From: a virus
Length of the DNA: 15,139 bases
Reading direction: 5' to 3' (one strand)
Virus record (IMG/VR): IMGVR_UViG_3300045988_135748
The notes beneath the pieces were generated by a model. The model was not told the DNA's origin. It worked only from the letters and a program-made list of their open reading frames with translations, and made no database searches. This document shows, in pieces, positions 13,684 through 15,139 of the stretch; the stretch's first letter is position 1, and each line of letters starts with the position of its first letter. A program made the translations under genes and the position numbers.

Positions 13684-14358
13684 ATGAGTGCTTCACAAAA
13701 AACAACCCATTATAATTTACCAATTTACGCAGGAACAGACGTTACTGGATGGTTATCCGGTTTTAACCCTGCTATGCAGGCAATTGACACCGCGTTATTC
13801 ACTATCAATCAGACCGCAGAGGACGCGAACGGAACAGCGGCGGGCGCAGAATCAGACGCACAGCAGGCTATTAATTCGGCGCAGGCTACCGCTAACTTAT
13901 TAGCACAGACTAACAATACTGTTACCGGCTTAGTGAATAAGCTGACATTTTCAAGGCTTGAATTTGCAAGACCGAACACCGGCGCAATTATTATTGGTGA
14001 AACTAACGGCGACAATAGCATTACTACAATAATGATTAACTTAACATCAACAGACGGATTACCGTCGCCATATACGGTAAACGGAACTAACTTCCATGAG
14101 TTTGGAAGTTGTGACGCGAAAGTCTGTAATAATGTGTTAAGCGGCTCGGAAACTACTGGATTTACCGGAACAATGAAACAGATTGGATATTTAGCAGTAT
14201 CAAGCGGGGGACGTGAGGAAACTTTCGGTTTCACTTGTTTCTATGACAATGCCGCTAAAAAAACAAGGTTCGGTATCCGGTCAGGCAATGACATAAAAAT
14301 AAATTCTAGCGGTACTAGTAGCGCCAATATTACTTTTACAAACGTACAGTCCATATAG
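13684..14358 (+). CDS. Tail fibre / receptor-binding protein, 224 aa
   Basis: The N-terminal THYNLPIYAGTD....GFNPAMQAIDTAL is typical of Gram-positive phage fibre/RBP N-termini. An A/Q-rich helix and a beta-rich C-terminus follow. It is the last structural gene before the terminator. Confidence 0.5.
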   Translation: MSASQKTTHYNLPIYAGTDVTGWLSGFNPAMQAIDTALFTINQTAEDANGTAAGAESDAQQAINSAQATANLLAQTNNTVTGLVNKLTFSRLEFARPNTGAIIIGETNGDNSITTIMINLTSTDGLPSPYTVNGTNFHEFGSCDAKVCNNVLSGSETTGFTGTMKQIGYLAVSSGGREETFGFTCFYDNAAKKTRFGIRSGNDIKINSSGTSSANITFTNVQSI

Positions 14359-14368
14359 TTAAAAAAGG

Positions 14369-14403
14369 TTTTCTAGGGAATTGATTCCCTAGAAAATTTT
14401 TTT
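14369..14403. terminator. Rho-independent, probably bidirectional terminator
   Basis: A 12-bp stem TTTTCTAGGGAA/TTCCCTAGAAAA (14369-14380/14385-14396) has the loop TTGA and is followed by T7. The upstream A-run gives a T-run on the other strand. Confidence 0.85.
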
Positions 14404-14423
14404 GTGAAATTTTAAAATATATG

Positions 14424-14460
14424 TTGACATTTTTATAGAAGGCGTGGTATTATAATTATA
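14424..14460 (+). promoter_or_regulatory. Strong sigma-A promoter P4 (right-end gene)
   Basis: TTGACA (14424-14429), 18-nt spacer ending TGg, TATTAT (14448-14453). The predicted +1 is A14460, which starts AGAAACAAG. Confidence 0.75.
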
Positions 14461-14501
14461 GAAACAAGGAAATGATAAAACAGAAAAGAGAGGTAGAAAA
14501 A

Positions 14502-14798
14502 ATGTATACTTACAAGGCAAACGGAAACTACACACAAGAAATCTTAGAAAACGGCAACGTGCTTAGAACTTTTGAAACTGACGTAGCAGGTGTATATATC
14601 TTAGCAGAATATACAATGTTAAAATGTGGCGCAACATTGACCGCGCACTATAGCTTAGTAGCCGCGAAAACACAAAACTTTCAATCGAGAAAGTCAATAA
14701 AAAACGACCCTATCCATGGAACATATGAAATGGCTTCAACTATAGTGTATGAAGAGATAGACGGAGATATTGAATTACCGGAATATCTCGAACGGTAA
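14502..14798 (+). CDS. Hypothetical right-end early protein, 98 aa
   Basis: The start is the ATG at 14502, 9 nt after AAAGAGAGG; the track's ATG at 14472 lacks an RBS. It has its own promoter. The stop codon lies 1 nt from the ITR boundary. I recognise no motif. Confidence 0.7.
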   Translation: MYTYKANGNYTQEILENGNVLRTFETDVAGVYILAEYTMLKCGATLTAHYSLVAAKTQNFQSRKSIKNDPIHGTYEMASTIVYEEIDGDIELPEYLER

Positions 14799-14802
14799 TT
14801 TT

Positions 14803-14861
14803 CGAACACGTGTTCCATTTCTCGGCTGTTCGCCGCCCGCGGACAGTCGAACGTTTGTTCT
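14803..14861. promoter_or_regulatory. Right-ITR copies of the SOS-box-like sites
   Basis: CGAACACGTGTTCC (14803-14816) contains the perfect palindrome GAACACGTGTTC. The second site is CGAACGTTTGTTCT (14848-14861). Confidence 0.4.
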
Positions 14862-15000
14862 AATTTATTATCAGAAATCTTTATGAATTGTCAGAATATT
14901 TTGAAAACAGTTGTCGAAATCGAATATTGTCTGATAATTCATTGTCTAAATTGCACAATTTTCGTGCAGGTTTCAAGCTAAAATTTGTTGAAATTGCCTA

Positions 15001-15029
15001 TTGACATTTACGCAGGTTTGTGCTAGTGT
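15001..15029 (+). promoter_or_regulatory. Candidate outward-facing sigma-A promoter inside ITR-R
   Basis: TTGACA (15001-15006), 17-nt spacer ending TGc, TAGTGT (15024-15029). The predicted +1 is near 15036, which would give a ~104-nt run-off to the genome end. Confidence 0.3.
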
Positions 15030-15139
15030 CCGTGTGTGGCGGACAAATGGGGGAAAAGTGTCCGTGTGTTGCGTACATATTACAGCAGTCCGGATACGAT
15101 CATGATGACCAGCGGATTGAATTCTGCAAACGGAATGCT

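Larger units (their letters stand above)
14800..15139. repeat. Right inverted terminal repeat (ITR-R), 340 bp
   Basis: It is the reverse complement of 1-340 with a single mismatch (14810 versus 330). Confidence 0.97.

Noticed and set aside
419-14234. All 13 minus-strand ORFs in the track (419-673, 999-1232, 1753-1941, 4300-4572, 4768-4992, 5181-5396, 5755-5970, 6382-6771, 7929-8213, 8697-8879, 8872-9063, 11554-11874, 13809-14234)
   Set aside because: Each lies antisense inside a well-supported plus-strand gene. None has the AAAGAGAGG-type RBS used throughout, and their composition is odd and low-complexity. They are typical shadow ORFs of an AT-rich genome.
3540-14501. N-terminal extensions in the ORF track (starts at 3540, 3986, 4652, 5766, 6209, 12078, 12856, 14472)
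   Set aside because: These are non-ATG or RBS-less starts. In each case an ATG 6-75 nt downstream sits 5-10 nt after a strong Shine-Dalgarno sequence. The TTG at 5766 is the -35 box of P3, and the TTG at 4652 lies between the two palindrome copies.
1-15139. Integrated prophage, transposon/casposon-like element or CRISPR content
   Set aside because: I saw no host flanking DNA, target-site duplication, integrase, transposase, recombinase, CI-type repressor or repeat-spacer array. The ITRs plus the protein-primed polymerase and a full virion gene set fit a free linear phage genome.

Overview
This 15,139-bp window is a complete linear replicon, not a chromosomal fragment. It is a very small phi29-like, protein-primed podophage genome (Picovirinae/Salasmaviridae type) from an AT-rich, Firmicute-type host. 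It is bounded by 340-bp inverted terminal repeats (1-340 / 14800-15139) that differ at one position. I call 19 CDS, all on the + strand. From left to right they are: a candidate terminal protein and a protein-primed family-B DNA polymerase; an early block behind a consensus sigma-A promoter (two ORFans, a p6-like dsDNA-binding protein, a gp5-like SSB, a gp16-like packaging ATPase); a third promoter followed by a small coiled-coil ORF and a ~120-nt GC-rich structured leader; a lysis cassette (holin, Amidase_3+SPOR endolysin, lysozyme-fold hydrolase); scaffold, major capsid, tail knob, portal, lower collar and two fibre/receptor-binding proteins in the phi29 gene 7-12 order; one canonical bidirectional terminator; and a separately promoted right-end ORFan. 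No integrase, repressor, tRNA or CRISPR array is visible. Six observations are not explained by the gene list. (1) A conserved CACGTG-centred palindrome (TGTTTCACGTGAAACA) recurs in five intergenic gaps. (2) LexA/Cheo-type SOS boxes (GAAC-N4-GTTC) cluster at the inner edge of the ITR, just upstream of the terminal-protein/polymerase operon; this recalls LexA-controlled linear plasmid-prophages such as GIL01. (3) The only ITR mismatch creates or destroys a CACGTG core. (4) The structured element at 6076-6195 has mutually exclusive CCGCG/CGCGG pairings and could be a lysis/late-operon leader or a pRNA-like RNA. (5) A promoter module is present three times with a conserved initial transcribed sequence. 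(6) The ITRs carry iteron-like repeats and an outward-facing promoter. All functional calls rest on my reading of motifs and remembered phi29 protein sequences. No database search was run.
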